Part shown: positions 13,448 through 26,199 of the stretch, in pieces
Layout: every line of letters begins with the position of its first letter
How positions within the stretch are numbered: position 1 is the first letter of the stretch
Source of the DNA: Octopus vulgaris
Taxonomy: Eukaryota
Assembly (NCBI GenBank): GCA_951406725.2
Contig: OX597824.1
Coordinates: 85,994,001-86,058,000 of the forward strand
Direction of reading: 5' to 3'
DNA length: 64,000 nt
Position numbers and translations under genes: made by a program
Notes under the pieces: model-generated
What the model saw: only the letters and a program-made list of their open reading frames with translations
Told to the model about the DNA's origin: nothing
Database searches by the model: none

Positions 13448-14034
13448 ATATGTTTGTGTGTCTGGTGTGTTTATAAATCCCCATAACTTAGAGGTTCGGC
13501 AAAAGAGACCGATTGAATAAGTACTAGGCTCCCAAAGAATAAGTCCTAGGGTCGATTTGCTCGACTAAAGGCAGTGCTCCAGCATGGCCACAGTTAAATG
13601 ACTGAAACAAGTAAAAGAGTAAAAGAGTGTATTGGGGAGAATGTCCAGTGGTCCAACGAGACTGCAAGGTATCCATAGCTGTCACTGTGGTTATGCAACT
13701 GGAAGCTCATTCATTCTTCTACATGTGTCCATTTAGATATAAATTCTAACTGATTGAAATTGAAATTTCAAGAGTTCTCTCCAACACTTCTTCTAAGAAT
13801 GTATCGTTGTAAACAGAAGTGTCTGGTTTTCTTTTTTTTTTTTCCTTATTTGTATTGCAATTTCACAATTAATCAAAACTTTGTTTTTGTTTGCCTTTTC
13901 AAAGTATGGCAGCCTGCACTTAACTATATGTTTGTCATGCAGAAGGCACTCTTGAGAGATTTTCTTTCAGTCATTCTGTAAAAAAAAAATATCAACTTTA
14001 TACTTAAAAACTGTATCTTTTCACAAGGACTTTC

Positions 14035-14760
<726 letters not shown>

Positions 14761-15245
14761 TTGGGGGAGGGGATGCAATTTCGCCCATTGTTTTACCTCC
14801 CCCTACAGCCACCACCCCCCTTTCTCCACCATTCATCATTCACCTCTGCTGCTGCCACCCACCCCTCCTCCACCAGCTGCCATTTCATTTGTCTAATTTA
14901 CAGTTCGTTAATTAAATCTGTATCTCTCTGCTGAACAGTCCGTCAAGTATTTACTTCTAACTCAATGTGAAACATTAAATTCACTAACAGGTGGGCTTCA
15001 TAACTTTCTGCTGCTGCTGCTGCTGTTGTTGTTGTTGTTGTTGTTGTTGCTATTGTTAATGTTGTTATCACTATTGTTGTTGCTGGTGTAGCGTACAGCT
15101 TTGTAGATTCGTAGTGGGTTAGATGGCATGAACCTTGCTTACCAATCATGTGATCTTGGGTTCAGTCCTGCTGCATGGCACTTTAGATAACTGTCCTCTG
15201 TATTTTGTACTCCATGTAAATATATGTCTCAAGTCTAAAATTGTA

Positions 15246-15356
15246 TTGGGTTGTCTGGAAAGTTTGTGCCGATTTATAGTAGCTTACCTTTCGACTTATT
15301 TTAGAAAATGGTTGAGTCCATAAAATAGGATTTGACTATACCTCCATTTAGAGCAC
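15246..15356 (+). mobile_element. Truncated left end of the same mariner family
   Basis: TA|ttgggttgtctggaaagt..., near-identical to 15762-15872. Confidence 0.85.
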
Positions 15357-15761
15357 ATACACACGCGTGTGTATGTCTGTGTGTATGTGTGTATATGTAT
15401 ATGTGTGCATGTATGTGTATCAGTGTGGGTATATGTCTGTAATATATATGTATGTGTATGTGTGTGTGTGTGTGTGTGTGTATGTGTGTGTGTGTGTGTG
15501 TGTATATATGTGTGTATGTAAAATGTTTGGTCAACAACAACGATGGCGGTGATGATAATGGTTTCAAATTTTGCAACAAGGCCAGCAATTTTGAGAAGAA
15601 GGAGGTGGGAGGGCTGGTAAATAGTTGATGCCATCGATTTCAGTACCTGGTTGTTTCTCTATTTTACCGATTCCAGGGTGGGGAGTTGTGTGAAAAGCAG
15701 AGTTGGCCTCCGTGGGATTTGAATTCGGAATGCAAAGAATCGGTGGAAATATCTCTAAATA

Positions 15762-16327
15762 TTGAGTTGTCTGGAAAGTCCGTGCCGATTCATAGTAGCT
15801 TACCTTTTGACTTATTTTAGAACATGGTTGAGTCCATAAAACAGAATTTGACTACACCTCCATTTGGAGCACAGTTTAAGCTATCTTTTCATGGAAGAAG
15901 GTTTATGTTCCTATAACCTGTGTTAATTCTGTAACCCTTTAAAATGGAAGATAAGAAAGTTCATTTTCAGCACTTGATGCTTTGGGAACCAAACAAAAAT
16001 TGCTGCAGCTTGGCTGGGATGTGTTACCCCAACCTCCATATTCACCAGATACTGCTCCTTCAGATTTCCACTTATTCAGGTCTCTGCAGAATAGTCTTAA
16101 TGATAAAAATTTCAATTCCTTGGATGACGTAAAAAGATACCTTGATGAATTCTTTGCCATGAAACCACCTCACTTCTGGGAAGCGGGTATTTTCAAGTTA
16201 AAGGAAAGATGGAGACGCATTGTGCAACAAAATGCTTCATATTTGGTTGATTAAAAATGTAATGGCAAGTATTTATCGCCCTTTTTCTTTCCTTTAAAAA
16301 TCGGTATGAACTTTCTGGACAACCCAA
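15762..16327 (+). mobile_element. Internally deleted mariner element with both TIRs and TA TSDs
   Basis: TA|ttgagttgtctggaaagt...actttctggacaacccaa|TA. Start MEDKKVHFQHLMLW is joined to the C-terminus LGWDVLPQPPYSPDTAPSDFHLFRSLQN...WEAGIFKLKERW (YSPDLAPSD motif). Confidence 0.92.
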
Positions 16328-16630
16328 TATATCTACCTCACTATCTTACAACTAAATATATGTGTGTTTCTATATTAGACTAAAACTCAAAGTTCCTCTG
16401 TTTTCTTGCCATTTGATTAAGATAATAAAGATTACAAATGAAATAGTCATTTGCCCCCTTTAAGAAAAAAAAAAAATCAAGTTGGAAATGTCAACACTTC
16501 AAAGAGTTGTTGCAGCTACTGCCATCTGTCCTTTTTTCTTACTTTCTATTTTCTTTCCTTAATCATTTATACAACTTTCAGAATGCTGTGAACTGAAAGA
16601 TAGAAATTCTCCCTATATTTTTATGAGATA

Positions 16631-16927
16631 CTAGCAGTATCGCCCGGCGTTGCTCGGGTTTGTAAGGAAAATAACTATATAAGCATTTTTAGAGAGTTAC
16701 TTCCCTTATATAATAGCAAAAAATGCATTAAAAATGGGATAAAATGATGGTAAATTTTTTTTAAATCGTAGACTCATCATAGACGCGCGCTAATACCCAG
16801 AAGGGCTCGATATGAATCACGACTATAAGATACCCGGTTTTGGTTAAACTGCACCGCAAAATGTGGGAGTAGTTAGGAATCTAAATCGTAGGAGACAGAC
16901 ACACAACTTGACTTTTATATATAAAGA
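16631..16927 (-). mobile_element. Non-autonomous Helitron with the same termini but a different interior
   Basis: Minus strand A|TCtttatatataaaag...cccgagcaacgccgggcgatactgCTAG|T; CpGs intact, so probably young. Confidence 0.85.
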
Positions 16928-17059
16928 TTTTTTGAATCACGGGTACTTGATTTTTTTTTTTCTTAAAGGGGAAAATTACTATTCTATTTGAAATAAAATA
17001 TTAATCTTTATCATCTTAATCAAAAGGCAGAAAAACAGACTGAGGGACTATCTCTTTAT

Positions 17060-17643
17060 AGACAAAGATCAGTTGCAATGGAAGGAGTTGAATTTCATAA
17101 GAATGGGAAAACAAAGAGCAACAAATGGGTTGTACCTTATAATGAAAATCTTTTAAGAGCATCCAAATGCCATTGCAGCATTGAAGTTGTTGCCTCAGTG
17201 AGGAAGATTAAGTGTGTAATCAAGTACAAGCTGAAAGAAAATGGCCAAGCTGCTGTTCAAATAAGGGTAGATATATTGGACCATCCAGAACAGTTGCATC
17301 CATTTTAGGATTTTCAATTCATGAAAGAACATCTGCAATAGTGAAACTGTAAGTTCATCTACCAAATGGACAAAGAATATTGCCCGGAAGTAATGAGGAT
17401 ATATATGGCTGTCAATGTATGGCATATGAGAACAACATTGACAGAATTCTTTTCATTGTGAATCAATGAGGATTTTGCAGGAACATTACTTTATGCTGAA
17501 GTTCCCAAAGAATGGCAAAGAAGAAAGTGAAGGAAAAAACTGTGGTAGGCTATTTGAATGCTTTCAAAGAAGAAACACTTGGTCGTGTTTATGTTGTCAC
17601 ACCCAAGGCAGCAGAACTGTGTTATTTAAGAATTTTATTGCGT
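17060..17643 (+). mobile_element. Helitron RepHel pseudogene fragment
   Basis: NKWVVPYNENLLRASKCHCSIEVVASVRKIKCVIKY and LGRVYVVTPKAAELCYLRILL match Helitron motifs (WVVPYN..HINVE..KY; GR.Y.V.P..E.YLR.LL); cut by a SINE at 17644. Confidence 0.85.
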
Positions 17644-17807
17644 AGGCGCAGGAGTGGCTGTGTGGTAAGAAGCTTGCTTTCCAATCATATGGTTCTGGGT
17701 TCAGTCCCATTGTGTGGCACCTTGAGCATGTGTCTTCTACTATAGCCTTGGGCTGACCAAAGCCTTGTGAGTGAATTTGGTAGACACAAACTGAAAGAGG
17801 CCCATCG

Positions 17808-18053
17808 TGTGTATGTATGTATGTATGTATGTATGCATATATGCATGTATGTATGTATGTACATATGAATGTATGTATGTATGTATGTATGTATGTATGT
17901 ATGCATGTATGTGTGTGTATGTATGTATGCATGTATGTATGTATGTACAGTATGTATGTATGTATGTATGTATGTATGTATGTATGTATGTATGTATGTA
18001 TGTATGTATGTATGTATGTATGTACGTATGTATGTATGTATGTATGTATGTAT
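17808..18053. repeat. (TATG)n microsatellite
   Basis: Directly visible. Confidence 0.95.
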
Positions 18054-18242
18054 GATGATTGTAAATGAAAATCTTACAAGCAGTATCTTCTATGATAATA
18101 TATCAGGCAATGGGAAAATGTTACCTCATATGGAAACAGGTGAAGGTTAGCAACAGGAAGAGCATCGAGCAGAAGGAATTCTGTTTCGATAAATTCTGTT
18201 TTACCATTGCAAGTGTGGAAAAGTGGACATGATGATGATGGA

Positions 18243-18785
18243 TATATGCATGTGTGTGTGCATGTGTATGTATGTGTGTGTTTGTGTATGTGTGTGTGTG
18301 TTTGTCTGTACGTGCAGGTGTGTATATTTGTATATGTGTGTGTGTTTCTGTATGTGTGTGTGTATATATATGTGTGTGTGTATATTATGTGTATGTCTAC
18401 AAGTATACAGATATGCATGAATATATATGTGAGTGTATATATATGTGTGTATATGTGTATATATATGTGTGTGTGAGTATATATATATATATACATATGC
18501 ATATACATATATATATATATATATTGATATATGTGTGTGTTTGTCTGTACGCGCCTGTGCGTATATTTGTGTATGTATGTGTATGTATATATATGTGTGT
18601 GTGTATATATTATGTGCATGTCTACAAGTATACAGATATGCATGAATATATATGTGGGTGTATATATATGTGTGTGTGTGTGTATACAAATACATATACA
18701 TATATATATATATTGATGTATGTATATATGTATTTATATATATTTGTGTGTGTGTGTATATGTGTGTGCATGTGCATGTGTGAGT
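18243..18785. repeat. TA/TG low-complexity block with a ~240-bp internal duplication
   Basis: tttgtctgtacg...gtctacaagtatacagatatgcatgaata occurs twice. Confidence 0.85.
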
Positions 18786-19480
18786 GTCGTCTTTGGCAAA
18801 AAAATTACACTCAGCGCCTTTATTTCTCATGGTAAGGCAACCCTTCTCTGTTTCCACATAGATAAAAACACAAAAGACAGAATTGTTATCCTTTAACTCA
18901 AAGAACACATCTACATGTTGACTCCCAGATTCATTCCATCAAAAGGCTTAGGTTTTCGAGTTCAGTCTGATTATAGTGTCTTTGCAGCTGAATTTTCGGG
19001 ATAGCCTTGTTTTTCATTCTTTAAATATTTTCTACTGCAGCTCAGTTTTTTCGCTACACAACCAAACACATTTTTGTTGCACAAATTCTCAATTATTTTT
19101 GTTTTTATCTGCTGAATTTCATTTTGCTTACTCATTTAAAGATATCTTTTCTTCATACAACATTGCAATTACTGCTTGTTTGTTTATTTTTGTTTTGCTT
19201 TTAACAGAAATTTCCCAAAATTTTAGCATAGTTTAGCAAATTAAAATTAAATATAGAAAAGATACATTTCACAATATTTTTTTAATTACATTTATAGTGT
19301 TTTTATTATTATTTTTTTGTGTTTTTGTTTCTCTTTCTTGGTTGGCAAATTGTCAAAGAAAAAAACCAACAAGTCATCTCTTCAGATCAATATCTCGGAT
19401 ATTTTATTTCTTTCATTTATTTCAACATCTTCCTTACTTTGCATTGATTATTTTTAACAATTTCCAAATTATGGTGTTGT

Positions 19481-19680
19481 TATTACCTCTGCTTTAGCGA
19501 AGGCGGAGGTATTGTTTTCAGTTGTCTTTGTTTGTTTGTCTGTCCATAGACAAGATACCTCAAAAACCACAAGATGGATTTGGATGAAACTTTCTGGGAT
19601 GTTTGGCCTCATGACTGGCACGAACTGATTAGATTTTGGAATCGATCCAGTATCGAACAAGGATTCTGGATTATTTGTTA
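19481..19680 (+). mobile_element. Helentron/HINE (DINE-1-like) left end
   Basis: ttattacctctgctttagcgaaggcggaggta palindrome, then (GTTT)/(GTCT) microsatellite and ggatttggatgaaactt core. Confidence 0.6.
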
Positions 19681-19806
19681 TATTTACTTTACATGAAGTA
19701 TTGCAATCTTACCTTCACTTTCAAGTCTTTCTCTGATTATCTCCCTTGAAAGCATGCTCATGATTTCCACATAAGTTATGGTGTTGTTGCTGTTTCCAAA
19801 GTTTTA

Positions 19807-20196
19807 TTTATATATATAAAGCTGAAGTTGTCTATGTGTGGCAAGTTTGGTAGCCTTCAACTAACACTATCTCCTCCGAGACCCTGCTGTGCAAGTTAAC
19901 CAAAATTGAGAGTATGATAGAAGAAGGCTTGCTCTTCCTCCTGTAGAAGAAAAAATTCAAATCAGACCATGTTAACACCAAAAATTATTTACATCAAAAA
20001 GGTGCTTTTTTTCTATGAAAATCCCTATTTTTTACAATTTTTTTACTGCTGTGTCACCATTTTTCTGTGCATTTCAACCAGAAAAATGTTCACTTAAAGA
20101 GAATAACAAGTTACATAATGCAAAATTTTTACTTTTCAAAAATTCCAATTCTAAAGGGTCAAAACAAATCCAAGCAATGCCAGGTGATACTGCTAG
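19807..20196 (+). mobile_element. Non-autonomous Helitron (same family as 8943-9335)
   Basis: Colinear with 8943-9335; ends gatactgCTAG. Confidence 0.8.
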
Positions 20197-20214
20197 CATT
20201 TAATATTATAAAGT

Positions 20215-20513
20215 GGAGGTGCAATGGCCCAGTGGTTAGGGCAGTGGACTCATGGTCGGAGGATCGCAGTTTCGATTCCCAGACAGGGCTTTGTGTGTGT
20301 TTATTGAATGAAAACACCTAAAGCTCCACGAGGCTCCGGCAGGAGGGTGAGGTGACCCATGTTGTACTCTTTTACCCCAACTTTCTCTCACTCTTTCTTC
20401 CTGTTTCTTGAGTAACGCTGCGATGGACTGGCGTCCCGTCCAGCTGGGGGGAACACATATACCATAGAAACTGGGAAACCGGGCCCATGATCCTGGCTAG
20501 GCTTGAAAAGGGC
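20215..20513 (+). mobile_element. SINE family B (tRNA head ggaggcgcaatggcccagtggttagggc)
   Basis: A/B boxes (tggcccagtgg; gtttcgattcc). Other copies: 4995-5296(-), 51095-51380(+), 58894-59268(+), 60385-60760(+, internally duplicated). Confidence 0.88.
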
Positions 20514-20870
20514 AAGAAAAAAAGGAAAATATATTATAAAACCAATATTGTTCACCGTGTGTGTGTGTGTGTATTTATTGATAATCAGCAGAAGTACAGG
20601 GTGACTCAAAGGTAGGGGTGTTTCATGCATTGTCACTTATTTTCCCTGTTTGTATCATCAAACTTGTGGGGTGGGGTTGTGTGCGTGTGTGTGTGTGCAC
20701 GTGCACATGTGTGTGTAATATTTAATCTAATTTATAATCTTTGTTTGATATTTTATTTAATTCACTCTCAGATTTATCACGGAGTACTTTACTCTGAGTG
20801 ACCAGACATAACTTCTTTTTGAACTTGCCACCTCTGGAATCTATATATCTATATCTTTCTATATATATAT

Positions 20871-21860
20871 TGGGTGTCCCAAAAAAATGTATACACACTT
20901 TAGATAATTGTAAATGTTTATTAAAATACATTTCGTTATCAAAATTTAATAGAATCTACAGACATTATTTTATTGTTTTGTCAACAATTGTTTTCAAACT
21001 GACATCCATTCTGGTCCAGGCACAACTCACAACGCAAAGCAATGGAATCACAAACATCATGAAATAATTCGTTTGGTATTTGTGTGCATTCTCATTCAAT
21101 GGCTGCACTCAAACCAGCGACTGTTGCAGGTTTCATAGCGTAGACTTTGTCTTTTAGGTACCCCCATAGAAAATGTCTAGCGGTGTGAGGTCTGGTGAAC
21201 TTGGAGGGTATTCAGTGAAACCCCTTCGTCCAATCCACCTGTTTAGCAAGATCTCATCAAGGAAGGATTTAACATTGCGATGGTAGTGTGGAGGTGACCC
21301 ATCTTGCTGAAAACAAAACTCCTCATCCTTCAAAGTCTTCTCTAATGCTTGGCATCACAGACTGTTGCAATAAGTTCCAGTAAACGGGACCAGTCACAGT
21401 AGCATAAAAAAAGAATGGTCCAATTAATCCTCTTGATGATAAGCCACACCACACTGTAACTCCTGGTAAATTAACATGGTGTTCCATCATAACATATGGA
21501 TTCTCAGGTCCCTAGTAGGTGCAATTTTGGTTGTTAATTGAACCATATAATTTGAATGTGGCCTCATCACTCCACAATCTTTGTTGGAAAGTGTGCATCT
21601 TCTACGCATCATGCCAAGTACCACTTGCAATACTGCACTCTTTGGTTTGGATCATCATCACATGGACTAATCTTGGAACATAACTTTTCCATTGACAACG
21701 CTTCAAAATGCGTTGGACAGACGATTTTGATATACCTACCTCATGACTCACTTGTCACATAAATTTTCTTGGACATAGTTTCCAGCACTTCTTCTTGGTT
21801 TGTTGGGGGTTGTCGATGTTCGTGGTCTTCCGGAATGCTTCTCGTGAACATTAAACTTAT
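20871..21860 (-). mobile_element. Tc1/mariner-superfamily transposase pseudogene
   Basis: Minus-strand translation has QQDGSPPHYHRNVKSFLDE...RWIGRRG..EYPPSSPDLTPLD..YLKDKVYA with stops and frameshifts; terminal ttgggtgtcccaaaa next to TA. Confidence 0.82.
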
Positions 21861-22872
21861 CTCTTATTTGGGTGATGGTAAGTTACATTGGTGGATCTGT
21901 TTGGAACTGCATCCAGCTGTAGAAACTCTGCCAGATCAAGATTGGAGCCTGGTGCAGCCATCTGGTTTGCCAGTCCTCAGTCAAATCATCTAACCTATGC
22001 TAGCATGGAAAGCAGACGTTAAACAATGATGATGAACACAACCTATAAGACAGAATAAATGCTTGCAAATGAAGGATGTTTTTTTAAAGGATAGGAACAT
22101 ATGCTAGCTTTTACTGGGACTTTATTCATGCCACCAGCACTACTGAGCAGTTTTCAAGACTACACTGCATGGTGACCTCACCCAGAATATGCCAGAAAGT
22201 AGTTGGCATTAGGAACTGCATCCAGCTGTAGAAACTCTGCCAGATCAAGATTGGAGCCTGGTGCAGCCATCTGGTTCGCCAGTCCTCAGTCAAGCCGTCC
22301 AACCCATGCTAGCATGGAAAGCGGACTTTAAACAATGATAGTGATGATAATATACATATGCCAAATGCATGTACAAAGAAATTTTTATCAAGCTCTCAGT
22401 TTTGATAAGAATATTATGATAAAAGAACTTTTGAAATAATGATCGATACATGTAAATCTTCCTATGTCTTATCTTTTATTTTCTACTTGTTTCAGTCATT
22501 GGAAGGTGGCCATGCTGGAGCATAGTCTAGAAGGGTTTTAATTAAATAAATTGACCCCCAGTACTTATTGTTTTTTAACCCTTGTACTTATTCTGCTGGT
22601 CTCTTTCGACAAATGACCGTTATGGAAATGTAAACAAACACACTGTCAAAAAGTGCTGAGGGGCAAACACAAATACACCTACACATAGATATATACATAC
22701 ATACATACATACATACATAGATACATACATACATACATACAAACACAGATACATGCATACATACATAATACATACATGCATACATACACACACACACACA
22801 TACATGCATACATACACACACACACATGCATACATACATACACACACACACATACATACATACATACATACA

Positions 22873-22908
<36 letters not shown>

Positions 22909-22914
22909 TATACA

Positions 22915-23070
22915 TTCATGCTTCACCACCTTGCGCCATGTCTTCCTGAGTGTACCTCTTCCAAAGGTTCCCTCCACAGATAGAGATCAACACTTCTTTG
23001 CACAGCTGTCCTCATCCATATGTATCACATGACTATACCAGTGCAGTTGTCTCTCTGGCACACCACATCA
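22915..23070 (-). mobile_element. RTE-like LINE 3' fragment (related pieces ~1975-2155 +, ~40500-40965)
   Basis: EGTFGRGTLRKTWRKVVKH resembles the GRPRKTW C-terminal RT motif. Confidence 0.6.
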
Positions 23071-23789
23071 TCATCATCATCATCATCATCATCACCAGTA
23101 TTAGTAGTATTAGTTGTAGCATTGTTTTAATATCCATTTTCCCAGGCTCACATGGGTTGCACAGAATTTGTTGAGGTGGATTTCCTACAGCAAGATGCTC
23201 TTCCTGTCACCAACCTTCACTTGTTTCCTATCATCATCATCATCATCATCATCCTCATCATCGTTTAACGTCCACTTTCCATGCTAGCATGGGTTGGGCA
23301 ATTTGACTGAGGTCTGGTGATCCAGATAGCTGCACCAGACTCCAATCGTGATCTGGCAGAGTTTCTACAGCTGGATGCCCTTCCTAATGCCAACCACTCC
23401 GAGAGTGAAGTGGGTGCTTTTACGTGCCACCGACATGAGGGTCAGTCAGGTGGTACTGGCAACGGCCACGAAAAAATCGTGTTTTTTACGTACCACCTGC
23501 ACATCGGCACAAGTGCCAGTAAGGCGACGCTGGTAACGGTCACGCTCCAATGGTGCTCATGCTCGCATTTTTCATGCTGGCATGGTAAGGTAATACTCCC
23601 CCATGACAAGCTATGTTTTCCTGAACGGTTGGAAACAAAAGACACCACTTGTATGACAGTGGCACTCGTTTACAACTGTCACACAAAGTCAAGGTAAGGA
23701 GACAATAACACACACACACACACACACACATTTTCCTCCTTGGGCAAGGAGGAAGATGCTTATTTTGAGTTCTTTTAATCTCACACATT

Positions 23790-24240
23790 ACACAACCTCT
23801 TTCACCAAAGCCACCTGACAGATAAAGACCAGCTGCTCTTACCAACCGAAGGAAGGTGGCAGAATAACTTTCACAATGAACTCAGCTGACAGCTGGATCC
23901 ATTCTCCATATGACAGCAGCTGTTTGACATAACTCCATAATTCAACAAGGCTCAGGGCACCAGCTGAATTCTTGTAAAACAGTGTTATCACTCTGTGCAC
24001 AACTCAGACAAACTCTACTGATGACACATCTATGTCTGTAGAGTTTATCTCAAACCAATTATGCCCCACCCCAATAGCTTCTGCCAGGCCTAGGATTGCT
24101 GGAAATTATCCAAGGAACCTGGCCTAAAGCTTCTCCAAAACGGATTAACCAGCTGATCTTCATTGATGCTCAGAGTCCCCCTGAGAGCATTATTACTTTT
24201 ATCCACCACTGATTCTCTGTTGAATGCCTCAGTTATAGTT
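23790..24240 (-). mobile_element. Decayed L1/Tx1-type LINE ORF2 C-terminal fragment
   Basis: Minus strand gives PGSLDNFQQS...V*DKLYRH...VELWSYVKQLLSYGEWIQLSAEFIVKVILPPSF, resembling the region around the zf-RVT domain; stops present. Confidence 0.5.
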
Positions 24241-24422
24241 TCTGATTTAAGCACAAGGCCAGCAATTTGGAGCGGAATTAATCATTGATGCCATCAACCA
24301 CTGAACAGGACTGGTACTACATTGGTTACGATGACAAGGATTCCAGTTGAGTCAATCAACAGAACAGCCTGCATGTAAAATTATTGTGCAAGTGGCTGAG
24401 TATTCCACAGACACACATACCA

Positions 24423-24652
24423 TTAACCTTTTCATTACCATGTTTATTCTGAGATGCCCTGTGTTTCTTTCAATTAATTTTTAATATAACGAAGAATTTC
24501 GTAAAATAATTTAGTTATCATTAAGCTAGTGTTAGGAACATAAATTGCGATTAAGGTTTGGTGGAAGATTTTAATTCAAAACTTATGAAAATAAGACATT
24601 TGTACTACAGAGCCAGAGCTGGTTTCAGCCGGGTTGATATCGAAAGGGTTAA
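24423..24652. mobile_element. TTAA piggyBac-type MITE nested in a SINE
   Basis: TTAA at both ends; SINE sequence continues on both sides. Confidence 0.85.
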
Positions 24653-26013
24653 GGTAGTTCTCAGGGAGATTCGGCATGACACAGAATGTGACAAGCCTGG
24701 CCCTTTGAAATATTGGTTACAACTCATTTTTGCCAGATGAGTGGACTGGAGCAATGTGAAATAAAGTGTCTTACTCAAGGATGCAATGTGCCACAGGGAA
24801 TTGAACTCATGACCTTACCCTAATCACTAAACCAAATACCCTAATCACTAAACCAAATACCCTAACCACAGACCCATGCACCTTCACTATGTTATTGGCA
24901 CCGTAAGCATGAAAAACATAGTTGACCTCAGTGGGTTTTGAATTCAGAGTGCAGAGTGTAGGAACAAATGTTGCAAGATATTTCATCTGACGCTCGACTG
25001 GTTCTTATTTCTTTACTACCCACAAGGGGCTAAACATAGAGGGGACAAACAAGGACAGACAAAGGGATTAAATCGATTGCATCGACCCCAGTGCATAACT
25101 GGTACTTATTTAATCGACCCCAAAAGGATGAAAGGCAAAGTCGACCTCGGCGGAATTTGAACTCAGAACGTAACGACAGACAAAATGCCTATTTCTTTAC
25201 TACCCACAAGGGGCTAAACACAGAGGGAACAAACAAGGACAGACAAACGGATTAAGTTGATTATATCGACCCCAATGCGTAACTGGTACTTATTTAATCG
25301 ACTCCAAAAGGATGAAAAGCAAAGTTGACCTCGGCGGAATTTGAACTCAGAACGTAACGCCAGACGAAATACCACTAGACATTTCATCCGGCGTGCTAAT
25401 GATTCTGCCAGCTCGCCGCCTTTTGATTCTGCCAATCCAGTGCCCTTATTAATCATCTTAAATTTTGGGTAAAGTGAATTGGATTGGATTGCCTATGTTC
25501 AGTAGGTTGCAGGACATACCTCATCATGTTCTCTCTACCAACCACCTCTCTGATGTGGAGGTTGTGAATTTCACCTTGAGATCATACTGGTTTGATGGGC
25601 CTACTCTAGCACAGTGTGACTTGATATGGCTTGGCAGAGGGATACAGTTTTTCTACTCTTACCCAGGGGTCATTAAGTCAATTACATTAGTCCTAGTTCT
25701 CAACTAACGATTCTGCCTTGTGGGAAGGAAATAGTCAATTATATTGATTCAAGTACTTGACTGGTACTTTATTTCATCCACTCCAAAAGAATAAAAGGTA
25801 AAAATTGGCCTCTCCAGGATTTGGACTTGAAATGTAAAGAGCTGGAACAAATAGTGAGAATATGTTGTGCTTGGCTCTAACAATTCTACCAATCCACCCC
25901 ACCCCACCCCACAAATAATAATAATAATAATAATCCTTTCTATGATGGGCACAAAGCCAGCAAGTTCTGGTAAGGGGGTAAGTCGATTGCATCGACCCCA
26001 GTGCTCAACTGGT

Positions 26014-26100
26014 CGGCGTTTGTGAGAGATGCAGCATTGAAGATGAATGAAGCCAGCTCAACCCACCCCGGGTGAATGCTGTCTCAAGACAAGAAGAAGA
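26014..26100 (+). mobile_element. 5'-truncated RTE-type LINE insertion with 14-bp TSD
   Basis: agtgctcaactggt duplicated at 26000-26013 and 26101-26114; the insert ends in (AAG)n. Confidence 0.75.
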
Positions 26101-26199
26101 AGTGCTCAACTGGTACTTATTTTATCGACTCTAAAAGGATGAAAGGCAAAGACGACCCCGGCGGAATTTGAACTCAGAACGTAAAGACGGACTAAATGC

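Larger units (their letters stand above)
13041..13627 (+). mobile_element. SINE family A carrying a nested insert
   Basis: Head and tail intact; ~185-bp insertion in the central microsatellite. Confidence 0.88.

Noticed and set aside
13924-13975. Minus-strand acceptor followed by MTERKSLKSAFCMTNI*
   Set aside because: Too short, no recognisable homology, and T-rich acceptor-like strings are common here.
19713-19789. Minus-strand 77-nt exon-like segment with a strong gtaaga donor
   Set aside because: The acceptor lacks a pyrimidine tract and the segment lies between a HINE end and a Helitron; probably element interior.
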